Shown here piece after piece: positions 51,793 to 62,965 of a stretch of DNA of 64,000 nucleotides; position 1 is the stretch's first letter; every line of letters begins with the position of its first letter. A program made the translations under genes and the position numbers. The notes beneath the pieces are model-generated. The model searched no databases. It was given only the letters and a program-made list of their open reading frames with translations, and had not been told where the DNA came from. The stretch spans positions 480,001-544,000 of the forward strand of contig OY969564.1 in the NCBI GenBank assembly GCA_963701095.1, written 5' to 3'. The DNA comes from an uncultured Methanoregulaceae archaeon (GTDB lineage Archaea; Halobacteriota; Methanomicrobia; Methanomicrobiales; Methanospirillaceae).

Positions 51793-53004
51793 ATGACGGC
51801 AAACTCCGTATTTTTTGAATCTCACCCGGGAAACGAAGCTCGGAACGTGAACAATCTCCAAGATGCAGCGACAAGCTGTCCAAGAATTCTCATTGTTGAG
51901 GATGAGGCTATATGCGCTGAGGACCTCCGGGAGATCTTGGAACAGTCTGGCTATACGGTATGCTCCATTTTTTCAACGGGAGAACAAGCGGTAGCAGGCT
52001 TTTCGGCCCTTCAACCGGATCTGGTATTAATGGATATTGGCCTTGGCGAAGGTATAGACGGTATCCAGGCAGCGGCGCAGATCACGTCACGGTCATCGAT
52101 TCCTGTTGTATTCCTTACAGCCTACCATGATACAGACACACTTTCCCGGGCAAAAGAGATTAATCCCTATGGATATCTGGTAAAGCCATTCGTAAAAGAA
52201 ACAGTAGATACAACGCTTCAGATCGCTCTCGCCAAAAACCAGCACGACAATAAGATACGCATTGTATCGGCATGGCTTGATTTAACGTTCAGGAACCTGA
52301 ACAAGGGAATTGTTACGCTTGACCGGGAAGGAAAGATCATCCTGATGAATTCCTGCGCCGAGCTTCTGATGGGAAGAACCCTCGATTCAGTGTACAGGAT
52401 TCCTCTTGACGAGATCCTTCATTTCCATGATGCTATCTTAAACCAGCCGTACGTTCCATTTATGCCTGCGGTTCTTACTGATGGATTGATTGCAACCTTC
52501 CCCACAGATACCAGGCTTATCGTAAAAACCGGTGAGATGTGCCGGATAAAAGACTGCATTCTTTCTCCCATCCAGGAAAAGGACGGATCCATTCAGGGGG
52601 CTATTCTTGTGTTTTCACCTGATTGTGAACCGGATATCACGGGTCTGCCATCCGCTACGGTTAAAAGATTCGTCCCTGAGGAGACAAAAATCCCGGACAG
52701 AACCCACCATATCCTAGACATCAATGACATGATTAAAACAGATCTTACTCTTGAACGGGCAACTCTGTGGATCCTTCTTGGAAAGTTTGAGGATGCAGAA
52801 TCCATCTATGCTTCCCTGCTTTCGCAGGATCCTAGTAACTTCCAGGTCTGGCACAATATGGGAAATGTCCTCATAAAGCTCGGAAGACATCTAGAAGCGT
52901 CCCAGGCCTTTGACAAAGCTCTGGAAATTTGCCCGGATTCTTCGGAAACCCAAAGACGTAAGGCAGATGTTCTGGCCATCCTTTCCATGAAAAAAAGACG
53001 ATAA
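51793..53004 (+). CDS. Response regulator, REC-PAS-TPR
   Basis: ILIVEDE, DLVLMDI, FLTAY, LVKPF; PAS GIVTLDREGKI; TPR VWHNMGNVL..LGR..EA..AFDKAL. Confidence 0.88.
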   Translation: MTANSVFFESHPGNEARNVNNLQDAATSCPRILIVEDEAICAEDLREILEQSGYTVCSIFSTGEQAVAGFSALQPDLVLMDIGLGEGIDGIQAAAQITSRSSIPVVFLTAYHDTDTLSRAKEINPYGYLVKPFVKETVDTTLQIALAKNQHDNKIRIVSAWLDLTFRNLNKGIVTLDREGKIILMNSCAELLMGRTLDSVYRIPLDEILHFHDAILNQPYVPFMPAVLTDGLIATFPTDTRLIVKTGEMCRIKDCILSPIQEKDGSIQGAILVFSPDCEPDITGLPSATVKRFVPEETKIPDRTHHILDINDMIKTDLTLERATLWILLGKFEDAESIYASLLSQDPSNFQVWHNMGNVLIKLGRHLEASQAFDKALEICPDSSETQRRKADVLAILSMKKRR

Positions 53005-53025
53005 TTTCGCGGGATATGGGTTATT

Positions 53026-55517
53026 ATGGCAAACGGAACAGAATCTAAACGTCTAGTAAACCAGGTTCATACACATATCTTAAGCAATTCTCCCGAATGC
53101 AGGGTACCAGTTCATCCGAAAATCTTTATTGTTGAAGATGAACTGGTTTTTGCTGATGACTTAAAGGAAATCCTTGAAGGACATGGATATTTTGTGTGCG
53201 GTAATGCTGCTAAAGGCGAAGAAGCACTTATTGCGATACCGGAGCAAGCCCCGGATCTTGTCCTCATTGATATTGTCCTTGCTGGTAGAATGAATGGTAT
53301 CGAATTGGCCGAATCTCTTCAGACCTGTATTGATATCCCAATAATCTACATTACAAGTAACAGCGAAGATGAAACCGTTGCAAGCGCAAAATGTACCCGT
53401 CCGTACGGATACATTCCTAAACCTTTCGATGAACACTCCCTTTTTTCAACAATAGAGATTGCCCTGTTTAAACATCAGGCTGACAAACAAATCCGTGAAA
53501 GTGAAATACGTTACCGAACCTTTGTTGAAAACATTCAGGGAATTGCATACCGATATGATGGTAACCATACCCTTGAATTTTTCCATGGAGCAATAGAAAA
53601 GATTTCAGGCTACCCGGCAGCTGAATTCATTGAAGGCAGGCTGGCATGGTACGATATCATACATAAGGATGATCGCAATGTGGCAATCCTTCCCTACAAA
53701 AATGAGGGTTTGCCCGTTTTAGAGAGCAGATCACAGGAATATCGTATTGTTCGAAAAGACGGAGAAATTCGCTGGATTCACGATCAGACCGGGTGGTATA
53801 CCAAGCACCTCCTTTGTTTCCCCTTTATGAGGGTATGATCTATGATATCACCCCCCTCAAAATTCTTGAAACGGATCTTAAGAAAGCCTGTGATATCAGG
53901 ACACTTATCCTGCTCATGAGTGAACATTTTTTCCGGCGTTTTGCAAAGAACAGTATGACGGGGAAAAATACAACGCATCAGCCTGAACTTATATCATCCC
54001 TTTCAGAAATACTCGAAGGCGTCGGATATGAAATGGGGGTGCACATGATATCACTTTATCAGAGGACCACCACCTCAGGTTATTCGCAGATATCTGAGAA
54101 GCTGAGGTGTTTCCACCCCAACCATGTACCTCCTGTTGATATTCGCAGTATCAATAATGTTCCCTTGCCGCAGAACGGATTTGCGAGGTTCAAAGACCAA
54201 CTTCTCAAAGGATTCCCGGTTTTTGGGACAATCGACCAGTTTTCCACCTCAGAACGACAGTTTTTCCCGGACCCTTCAGTCACATCGGTTGTTTTGGTGC
54301 CCATTTTTTGCGAAGACCGGTTCTGGGGTTTTATCCAAGGATTATATTTCAACGAATATCACGACTGGACTGAATATGAGATAAGTTCGATGCAGATCGC
54401 TGCGGATGTTATTACAACCATTATTGAATCTGGCGCACACCGGGATGATTCACCCCGGCTTCCCGGTACTTCGCCCTTACAACGTGAAGACGTATCTCAG
54501 CCCCTGAACACGCTCATGGAAGCTGCAGTTGACATGGTATTTGTCGCAGACTCCGGGGGAAAAATCCTTCATATGAATAGGACAGGTCTCGCATTTTTTA
54601 GGATGGATGGGGAGCACCAAACTGATGTGCCCTCCTATGAGGCATTTACATCGTTTATCAAAGGATGTACCCTTCCATCCTCTGTCTCATCATTGAATCA
54701 ACCCAAAGACCCCACTCTGGAACTTGAACTACCGGCGGGAGAAAAAAGCGTATACCTCGAAATGACCCTTTCACCGGTTTCAAGTAGTCAGGATAATCGC
54801 AGGTTGTTCATGGGTATTGCCCGGGACATCACCCGGCAGAAGAATTTCCAGAAAAAACAACAAATGATCCAGAAAAAACTCCAGCTCATGCAAAAAATCG
54901 TTCGCCATGATCTGATAAATCAGGTAACGGCGGTTATGGGCTACCTGTACCTTTTGAAAAAAGATACGGTCAATCCGGAATTTCTCAAGCTTATTGAAAA
55001 AGAAGAAAGGATCATCGACACAATCAAAAAATCCTTAAGTTTTTCCAAGGTCTATGAACATCTTGGCGATGAATCTTCGGTATGGATCGATATTACTGAC
55101 GTTTTTTCTGCAGCATGGGCAAGTCTTGCACCGGAAACAGTACAGCTGCATCTTTATGCAGTATCTCTCGAAGTTTTTGTCGACCCGCTTTTCAGAAACG
55201 TTATTTTTAATCTGCTGGATAACTCCCTGCGGCATGGGGGGAAAAACCTTTCATCAATACAGGTTTCGCTCCGCTATTCCAGCGATGAAACGCTGATCGT
55301 GTACGAAGACAATGGTGAAGGCGTTCTTGCAGAAAATAAAGAGAAGATCTTCAACCGGGGTTTTTATAACGATAATGGGTTCGGTCTTTTATTGAGTCGG
55401 GAAATATTGTCTCTGACAGGACTGTCAATCCACGAAACAGGAATTCCGGGAAAGGGGGCTCGCTTTGAGATACGAGTACCGGCAGGGATGTGGCGTTTAC
55501 CTGAAAAGAAAAAATAA
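53026..55517 (+). CDS. Hybrid sensor histidine kinase REC-PAS-GAF-PAS-HisKA-HATPase; 1-nt frameshift at about 53790
   Basis: REC N-terminus; PAS split WIHDQT|RVVYQ...EGMIYDIT; GAF VPIF...FWGFI; H-box VRHDLIN; NLLDNS, EDNGEG, GFGL. Confidence 0.88.
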
Positions 55518-55683
55518 TGGGATTGATGGTCGGGATCATGATACAGGCTATGCCCCCGGGATTTTGCGTGGTAATTCCCATAATCCCCAGAATATCTGCG
55601 CCATATCAAGAACCCGAAAGATTTCGAAAACTCAAAAATGCCTGGAAAGAACCTTACCTTCCCCCTAGCTCAGGTGGATACCA

Positions 55684-56847
55684 ATGAATGCGGAAAGACA
55701 GATCACAGGTCATAGCTCCCGGTTGCGGAAGTATCAAAAATACCTTCTTGTCCCGGCAATCCTCGCAATCCTCGTTATTATCGGTATACATCAGATGGTC
55801 TCGGCAGATAGTATCCAGACAGGAAATCTCGTCGTGGCAGTCACCGATTATCATAACGATGGCAGTCTTGATGGTGCGGCAGTGTACGTTGATGGTGGAT
55901 ATGAGGGTACCACATCCGAAACGGACGGTGCGGGGACACTTAATATATCTGATATAGCACAGGGTTCCCACACCCTGAGGGTGACCGATTCCGGCTACCG
56001 GTCATTTTTAGAGACATTCACTTATCCCGAAGGACCGGAGATTCACGTAGCCCTTTCAGACAGTCCCCTGGTTCCCCTGATTCCAGAAAATAACAACAGT
56101 CGAGGACTCAATATTGTTTTTATCCCTTCTTCGACCTATTTCCGGACATCGGATGATTCCGTGGTCAGAACCAATGCATATACGGACAATGAAACCCTGT
56201 TCCGGCAGGATGTGACCCGCATTATTAACGATACGTTCGATAACCTTGGAGCAGTAACAGATCCCGCTCTTCCCCTCCCAAGTGATTACCAAAGCCGGTT
56301 GAATTTCTATTACTATTTCGATCCCGCAAATCCTGCCGATGCATTTTCCGGATGCGCTGGCACTGTTCCTGATTCGTACTGGGACAATGTTACCTTCAGC
56401 GATCTTACCGTTGTCCTATACCCCCTCTATGACGGCCTGTATACCAATGTATCATATCAGCCCGTCGGCTGTTATGTCAATTCCGGCACCGGGCACAAAG
56501 TGATGAAGGTACCGGCAAACCGGGAGACCCTTGCTTACCATGAATCAGGCCATGGCCTCTATGGACTTGTCGATGCGTATTGCGGGGACACCGATTATTT
56601 CGAAAATGACCCCTATCCCAATATCTGGTCCTCCCAAAACGGGTGCATTTCCAGTGCAATTGCTGATAACCGCGATCCTTCAGGCTGCCGCCAGGTCCAG
56701 TCGGACCCTGGCGATACGGACACCTGTATTAAGAACTTCTGGCGATCGGATCCTGATCCGGACATCATGAAAACCGGAGAATTCGGCATGTTTGGCGCAG
56801 CATCGACAGAGCGGATTGTCTATATTCTTAATAAATCTGAAGAGTGA
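55684..56847 (+). CDS. Secreted zinc metalloprotease (M64-like metzincin) with N-terminal PEGA-like domain
   Basis: Signal/TM segment; GAAVYVDG.YEG...GSHTLRV...GY; LNIVFI; AYHESGHGLYGLVDAY; Met-turn-like DIM. Confidence 0.7.
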   Translation: MNAERQITGHSSRLRKYQKYLLVPAILAILVIIGIHQMVSADSIQTGNLVVAVTDYHNDGSLDGAAVYVDGGYEGTTSETDGAGTLNISDIAQGSHTLRVTDSGYRSFLETFTYPEGPEIHVALSDSPLVPLIPENNNSRGLNIVFIPSSTYFRTSDDSVVRTNAYTDNETLFRQDVTRIINDTFDNLGAVTDPALPLPSDYQSRLNFYYYFDPANPADAFSGCAGTVPDSYWDNVTFSDLTVVLYPLYDGLYTNVSYQPVGCYVNSGTGHKVMKVPANRETLAYHESGHGLYGLVDAYCGDTDYFENDPYPNIWSSQNGCISSAIADNRDPSGCRQVQSDPGDTDTCIKNFWRSDPDPDIMKTGEFGMFGAASTERIVYILNKSEE

Positions 56848-58186
56848 GGTCCATGAAAAAACACATTTTGGTAAACGTTTGTATATGCCTCATGATCCTT
56901 ATCAGTCTGGCGGTGCTTGCCGTAGCAGCGCCAACTGCACCGGACTATGAAAAAATCCTGCAGATCCACCTTAATTACAAGAACGATGAATACAAGGTGA
57001 TTTCACAGACCGTTACCTATGGCAGGCCCCCGAATCTTGCCATTTTATTCGGGCCTATCAAAGGTAATATTACAGACAAAAAAGGTTCGCAGCTTGCGTC
57101 ATTTTACCTCACAGATCCGGGCATTGCTGTTGGGGAGATTGTTGCAAATGGATCGACGGGCTCTCTCATACCCTATTCAGAACGCCAGTTATCGGGGACA
57201 TTAACCCTCAATCTGCCGGTCTTTACTGATATGCAGATATTCTCCCTTTACGATACCCGGTCCGGAACGCTTCTGGTCTCTTCTGATGTCAGTTCCGCGT
57301 TTTCTACATTTTGCCTTGGTTACCCTAAAGACCCGGATTGCCTGAACCGTGGAACCGTTGCCTCACAGACAAGCACTCTTCCCGATAACCTCTTGATTAT
57401 CGTGGGAGTCTTTGCCGGGGTCATCATTGCTGCCGAAGGCATTCTTTACCTTACGAAACGTGCCAAGATGTCAGGACCCGAACCGGTAGCAAAACAAGCG
57501 GGAATCGTTGTGGATGATTTACTGGTAACAAAACAAACGGTCCTTATTGTAGATGATTCACTGGATATTATTGATGTGGTTTCATCTGCACTTATTAAAA
57601 ACGGATACCAGTGTATTACCGCGACCGGCGGAAAAGAATGCCTCGATATCCTTATGGTTCAAAAACCTGATGTCATCCTGCTTGATGTAATGATGGAACC
57701 ACTTGATGGATGGTCAACGCTCCGGCAGATCAAGAAAAATTTAGCAACCAAATCCATCCCGGTTCTAATGCTTACCGCGAATAACTTAACTGCCCATGAC
57801 GCACAGAAATACCACATTTGTATCGAGGATTATATCCAGAAACCGTTCCATGAGGAGGCATTGTTTGCGGCAATTGAGCAGATACTTGCAAGGAAAAATG
57901 CCATCAGAGCGTCCCTTGCTATGGCAGAAAAAGCCGGTGTCGACCGGGAGAAATTCTGTAAGCTGGCATCATTGTCGACCGGGTCCTCGTGGATAAGAAG
58001 ATAATCAATATTTTACAGAAACCTGAAGACGGTATGTTTATGGCCTGTACTGTGGAACGCGAGACCAAAGAAGTCATATCAGAGATGATCCGGAACCTCA
58101 GGGTTAGAGAGATCCAGATGGAAGAACTCAAAAATGAGATAACCAGGACTTTCACCCGGAACGGATTTGTTCCTCCGTCGTGGTGA
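56844..58186 (+). CDS. Membrane-spanning response regulator (signal peptide, extracellular domain, TM, REC, helical tail); 1-nt frameshift at about 57980
   Basis: Hydrophobic N-terminus, TM LLIIVGVFAGVIIAAEGILYL, VLIVDD/ILLDVMM/MLTA/IQKPF; tail continues in ORF 57989..58186. Confidence 0.8.
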
Positions 58187-58293
58187 AAGTTTATACCTAG
58201 TTAAGGTATGGGGAAAAGTGACTATGAAAAAGCAAGAACTAAACAGGCTTTTAATCTGTAAACGTGGAATTCTTATATTCGGGAAGTTGTGAT

Positions 58294-60375
58294 ATGCCAC
58301 TTGGGAAAAGATCGATTCCGGACAGCTTAAGACATTTTATGATATATTTTATTGTTTTTTTTGCCTGTGTCCTTCTTGTCCTTACTGCTCTTTCATTTGA
58401 AGATACAAAAACCGAAATCGAATCCTCTACAAGCATGTACCTGGGTAGCGCGGCATCCAGCATTGCTTCTGTGACCAACTGGAATTACATCAGTGCCATA
58501 ACGCCGGGCAGTGAAAGTTCGGATCGGTACACTAATCTGGTGCAGGTTTTTAAAACCACGGAAGCACGTTACCCGAATATCAATAAGATCCTCATTATAG
58601 AAAAGACACCGTCCGGGTATGAGTATCTGGCTGACAGTGCCTGGGATACACCGGACGGACATGCCATCGGTTCACCATTCGTTGATGCACCAGCAAACTT
58701 CGATACTCTTTACAATGAAGGCATCCCGTTTGGTACTCTCCCCACTAATGAAACCGATTCCCTTATTGGATCTGCACCAATCCGGGATACAAACGGTCAG
58801 GTCAAAGCAATTGTCTTTATCGCTGCTGACAGTTCCGGTTTTATAAATTCAATGAACCGGATTGACGAAATGCAGTTTGTCCTTCTGATCATCCTGCCGG
58901 CACTTGTCATTGTGACCGTTTTCCGCTCCGAAATGCTCCTTGACCGGTTGCGAAAATCGATCCGGAAAAGTGAAGCTGAATATAAATCCGTGGTCGAATC
59001 AACCAACGATTCAATCAGTATTGTCGACCATAAAGGCACCTACCTGTTTATGAACACCCGATATCGTGAGGATCTGGGACTCTTACCAGAAACCAAAAAG
59101 GGTGCAACGTACCGGGACTTTCATTCAGAATCCGAGACAAACCAGTTCCTTGATGATATCAACAGGGTGTTCAACTCAGGGACAATGCTGAACAAAGAAC
59201 TGGCGTTGGGTAAGAAAAACCTGCTCCAGGTCATGAACCCGGTAATCGATCCGGAATCCGGAGCGGTCATTGCGGTAACAGAAACACTGAGGGATATTAC
59301 CGATCAGAAAAATGTCGAACAGGCCCTCATAGACAACGAACAGCGCTACCGGGTCCTGCTACTCAATGCTAACGATACCGTCATTATTTTCGAACCGTCC
59401 GGAGATCAGATCGGCAGAATAATAGAAGTAAATGCCATGGCAACTACCATGTTCGGCTATAGTACCGACGAAATCCTGAATATGAAGATTGCCGATTTCG
59501 GGATATCAAAATCTGATGAAAAATACATGAAAATTTATGAAGAACTTCTCACAACTTCACATACTGTCTTTGAGACTGAGATCCGGAAAAAATCCGGCCA
59601 TCTCCTGCCAGTAGAGGTAAGTATCCGGCTTTTTACGTTCCAAGACAGACCGACAGTTCTCGCGAGCATCCGGGATATCTCTCAGCGTAAAGCTACGGAA
59701 AAGGCGATCCAGGAATCTCTCCTTGAGAAACAGCTATTGCTCAAAGAGATCCACCATCGGGTAAAAAACAACCTTCAGGTCATTATCAGTCTTCTCAACC
59801 TCCAGTCACGGTACATTACTGACCCGGCGACCCTTGCCGTAATTATGGAAAGCCAGCACCGGGTAAAAGCGATGGCGCTTGTGCATGAACAACTCTACCA
59901 GACTCGACGGTTTGCTGCTATCAACTTTAAAAATTACACTCAGGCTCTTACCGGCAATCTTATGAGTTCCATAAATGCTCCTTTCCAGAAAATTGACATG
60001 AACATCGATATCGAAGAGAATGTCTGGATAAATATTGATGCTGCCATCCCCCTGGGACTCATCCTGAGCGAATTAGTCTCCAATTCCATGAAATACGCGT
60101 TTCCGGATGCCAGTAAAGGCAGGATAGACATTTCCCTGAAACCGGATAACAACGGGAACTATGTTCTGATCGTCAAAGACAACGGTATTGGTATGCCTGA
60201 AGATTTCAACTGGGAACAGACCCGATCCCTAGGTCTTCGCCTCATAAGGATGCTCACCCGACAAATAGAGGGAACTATACAACGGCTGCCCGGTGAGGGA
60301 ACAGGTTTCCGGATTGAGTTTGTGCCAAAATGGGAAGGTCAGGATGATGGACCAAGTCCAGATCCTCAGCAATGA
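58294..60375 (+). CDS. Membrane sensor histidine kinase (Cache-like, two PAS, HisKA_2, HATPase)
   Basis: Two TM flanking an extracellular domain; LLKEIHHRVKNNLQVI; ELVSNSMKYAF; DNGIG; SLGL. Confidence 0.92.
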   Translation: MPLGKRSIPDSLRHFMIYFIVFFACVLLVLTALSFEDTKTEIESSTSMYLGSAASSIASVTNWNYISAITPGSESSDRYTNLVQVFKTTEARYPNINKILIIEKTPSGYEYLADSAWDTPDGHAIGSPFVDAPANFDTLYNEGIPFGTLPTNETDSLIGSAPIRDTNGQVKAIVFIAADSSGFINSMNRIDEMQFVLLIILPALVIVTVFRSEMLLDRLRKSIRKSEAEYKSVVESTNDSISIVDHKGTYLFMNTRYREDLGLLPETKKGATYRDFHSESETNQFLDDINRVFNSGTMLNKELALGKKNLLQVMNPVIDPESGAVIAVTETLRDITDQKNVEQALIDNEQRYRVLLLNANDTVIIFEPSGDQIGRIIEVNAMATTMFGYSTDEILNMKIADFGISKSDEKYMKIYEELLTTSHTVFETEIRKKSGHLLPVEVSIRLFTFQDRPTVLASIRDISQRKATEKAIQESLLEKQLLLKEIHHRVKNNLQVIISLLNLQSRYITDPATLAVIMESQHRVKAMALVHEQLYQTRRFAAINFKNYTQALTGNLMSSINAPFQKIDMNIDIEENVWINIDAAIPLGLILSELVSNSMKYAFPDASKGRIDISLKPDNNGNYVLIVKDNGIGMPEDFNWEQTRSLGLRLIRMLTRQIEGTIQRLPGEGTGFRIEFVPKWEGQDDGPSPDPQQ

Positions 60376-60626
60376 TGCTGACCTTCCCTGTGCGAAGCAG
60401 ATTACGGATAGCATAATACGAATCTGAAATGACTGTTTACAGAAATGTATGGGTATATTTCTCTATTCACCATCTCTTCCTGTTAAATACCAGTCGGGAA
60501 ATAGAAAAGAAAAAGAAAGATATTATTATTATTTTTTCGATTTTTTCCGACGTGTAGTTTCATTTTTTGAAACATTGGTAGGGGGTTCTTAATCTTTCTC
60601 CCGAAACATTTCGACGGTGTACATTC

Positions 60627-62777
60627 GTGCATTTCCTCGCTCAGCATACCACATGTCTCTATCCCGCCAGCCAAAAATTACCTCTTGTCTTGATAATTTT
60701 GACATTCGTCGCAATACTGCCTGTTTCGGCTACCTACTACGATGTAAACAATACGATTATCAACCCCGGCGCAACCGTGTATATTGGAGAACAGCAGCTG
60801 AACTTTAACACACCCAATGTATTAGCAGCCCTTCAGGGAGATGATGCGATCGGCTGGTGGCCATCCGCGAGTCTTTTGTCAACTACAGCACCTACGCAGA
60901 CGTACGATCTGAACCAGCTCAACTTGGCATCTATGTATATCTCTCAATCTGACTTTGGTAACTACCCCGGCAACTGGTATGGTGTGAAGGATGGACAATA
61001 TGATGGCAGGGGTTCACTTTTTAATGTGCAGGACCCATCGCTTTCTTTAGATATTTTTGATATCTCAACGGGAACCGTTGTTACTGGCGGTAATGTTGTA
61101 CAGGGTGACCAGCTGACATTCCGGATTAACACAAATCTCAATTCTGCCCTTGATTCTTCAACACGTGCTCAGGATACCATTAATGCCCCCAATTCGGGTA
61201 ACATTGATATCATTGTGCGCAATTCTTTAGGATCCACCTATACTTCACTCTACAATGGCAATGGTCCCCAGGCAACTTCAAGCCTCACCGAACAGGATGT
61301 AAACCAACAACAGTGGTTCTGGGGTACAACGGGAGGAGCAGTCCCCGCGACCACGAATGTCAACTATGCCTGGGACACGGGCGTAATCGATGCTACCGGT
61401 CAGTTCCTTTATAAAAACGGGGTCTATATTGTTATCGCAAAGTCAAGACTTAATGGAATGTACGATAATTACCTGAACACAGGAGCTACCTACACCTGTT
61501 CAACGGTCAGCCAACCCGCGACGATCACGATTGTAACCAACACAGTCTCGCTTTCAGCCAATGTGGAATCGGTTATCCGCGGCAACCCGTTCTCGGTTAC
61601 TATCACAGGTAAACCATATACAACATACCATCTATGGGTAACTGGAGCCAGTAAAATGACCGGTGGATCCAACAACCAGCCACCTACAATTCTTAAAAAC
61701 CAGGCTGGTGTAATGTTTGATCCTCGTACTACAACCAGCCAACCCGCAACGAACACTCCCTATAAACCGGTTGCGGACAACGGCGGGTACATGAGCCAGT
61801 CAGGCGTCACCGTTTGGAATGATGTTGCCCATGGCGATGACATGACAACCTTTGGTCCCGATTCACAAGCACTGGGTGATGGCACCTTTGAGTATGCCAA
61901 CGTGACGCTTGATCAAACCGGAGCGAGAACCGTTGAATGGTGGACAACTCCTTTGACTCAGGCCACGCAGTATACTATTCGTGTTGAACAGGACTTTGGA
62001 ACCACATCGAATCACAACTACATATACGATGAGGTGCCAATGCAGGTGCAACAAGGCTCCGTAACTATCGTAGCTGCCGGCACCCAACGATACAACATCA
62101 GCGATAATGTGCAGTTTTCGGGCATAGATACAGCATCCCAAAATGTCTACCTCTTCATCACCGGCCCTATGCTGAACCCGGCAGGTGCAGACTTCACGGC
62201 AACTCCCGGGCAAGTGAGTGCTAACGTCATAAATGGGAACGCATCTACGTTTGAGCGGCCAACCGTTCGTGGTGATAATACATGGGTATGGGAATGGTAT
62301 ACCAGCGGAGTTCCTCTTTATTCCGGTAATTATACGGTCTATGCTGTCGGTGAACCCAACGATACAACGCATCTCAGCAATGCGTCTTATGCCTCAGTTA
62401 CTATCTTTATCAATAGTCCTTTAGGTAGTGCTAATATTTCCCAGACGATTTCTCCTAACGTGACAGCAACCGTAACTGCGAACGTAACCTCGAACGTCAC
62501 TTCAAAAGCTAATGTGACGGTGACAGCGACAGGTACGCCGACGGTCACTACCACCATTTCCAATATGCCAACGAATACACAGGTACCAGTTACCCCAGTA
62601 ATAACAGCGACACAGTTCACCACGTTCGTCATTACGCCAAAGCAGAATGCACCGACCGAGACCATACCGCCCCTGCCCGCGATCACACCGCGAAAATCAC
62701 CGCTCTCTCCATACACTCCTATAGCCGGAATGGTGATTGTTTGTGGTATATTCTCGGCAATAAAACGGAAGCGATAA
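60627..62777 (+). CDS. DUF3821-type S-layer-like surface glycoprotein
   Basis: GATVYIGEQQL...IGWW N-terminal domain; VYLFITGP.L; Thr-rich linker; KSPL + TM + KRKR tail; many NxS/T sequons; start uncertain. Confidence 0.8.
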   Translation: MHFLAQHTTCLYPASQKLPLVLIILTFVAILPVSATYYDVNNTIINPGATVYIGEQQLNFNTPNVLAALQGDDAIGWWPSASLLSTTAPTQTYDLNQLNLASMYISQSDFGNYPGNWYGVKDGQYDGRGSLFNVQDPSLSLDIFDISTGTVVTGGNVVQGDQLTFRINTNLNSALDSSTRAQDTINAPNSGNIDIIVRNSLGSTYTSLYNGNGPQATSSLTEQDVNQQQWFWGTTGGAVPATTNVNYAWDTGVIDATGQFLYKNGVYIVIAKSRLNGMYDNYLNTGATYTCSTVSQPATITIVTNTVSLSANVESVIRGNPFSVTITGKPYTTYHLWVTGASKMTGGSNNQPPTILKNQAGVMFDPRTTTSQPATNTPYKPVADNGGYMSQSGVTVWNDVAHGDDMTTFGPDSQALGDGTFEYANVTLDQTGARTVEWWTTPLTQATQYTIRVEQDFGTTSNHNYIYDEVPMQVQQGSVTIVAAGTQRYNISDNVQFSGIDTASQNVYLFITGPMLNPAGADFTATPGQVSANVINGNASTFERPTVRGDNTWVWEWYTSGVPLYSGNYTVYAVGEPNDTTHLSNASYASVTIFINSPLGSANISQTISPNVTATVTANVTSNVTSKANVTVTATGTPTVTTTISNMPTNTQVPVTPVITATQFTTFVITPKQNAPTETIPPLPAITPRKSPLSPYTPIAGMVIVCGIFSAIKRKR

Positions 62778-62965
62778 TCCACTATTATTTTTCTAATTGT
62801 ATCTTTCTTAATCACACCCAACAGTCAACAAATCTTTCAGCGTTTGTTTCACACACTGATTTTAAAGAATACTCCTTTATAATCGCATTTATTTTATAAC
62901 CTACAAGAATCCCGAAAATTTCCTTTATGGATTTTTTCGGGTCATTTAAATGGAGGAATTCTGGT

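Noticed and set aside
48124..60375. tRNA-anchored integrative element carrying the signalling cluster
   Set aside because: No integrase or transposase, and I found no duplicated tRNA 3' end by eye within the window
62387..62821. 144-aa Val-rich minus-strand ORF
   Set aside because: Antisense reading of the Thr-rich linker of the surface protein
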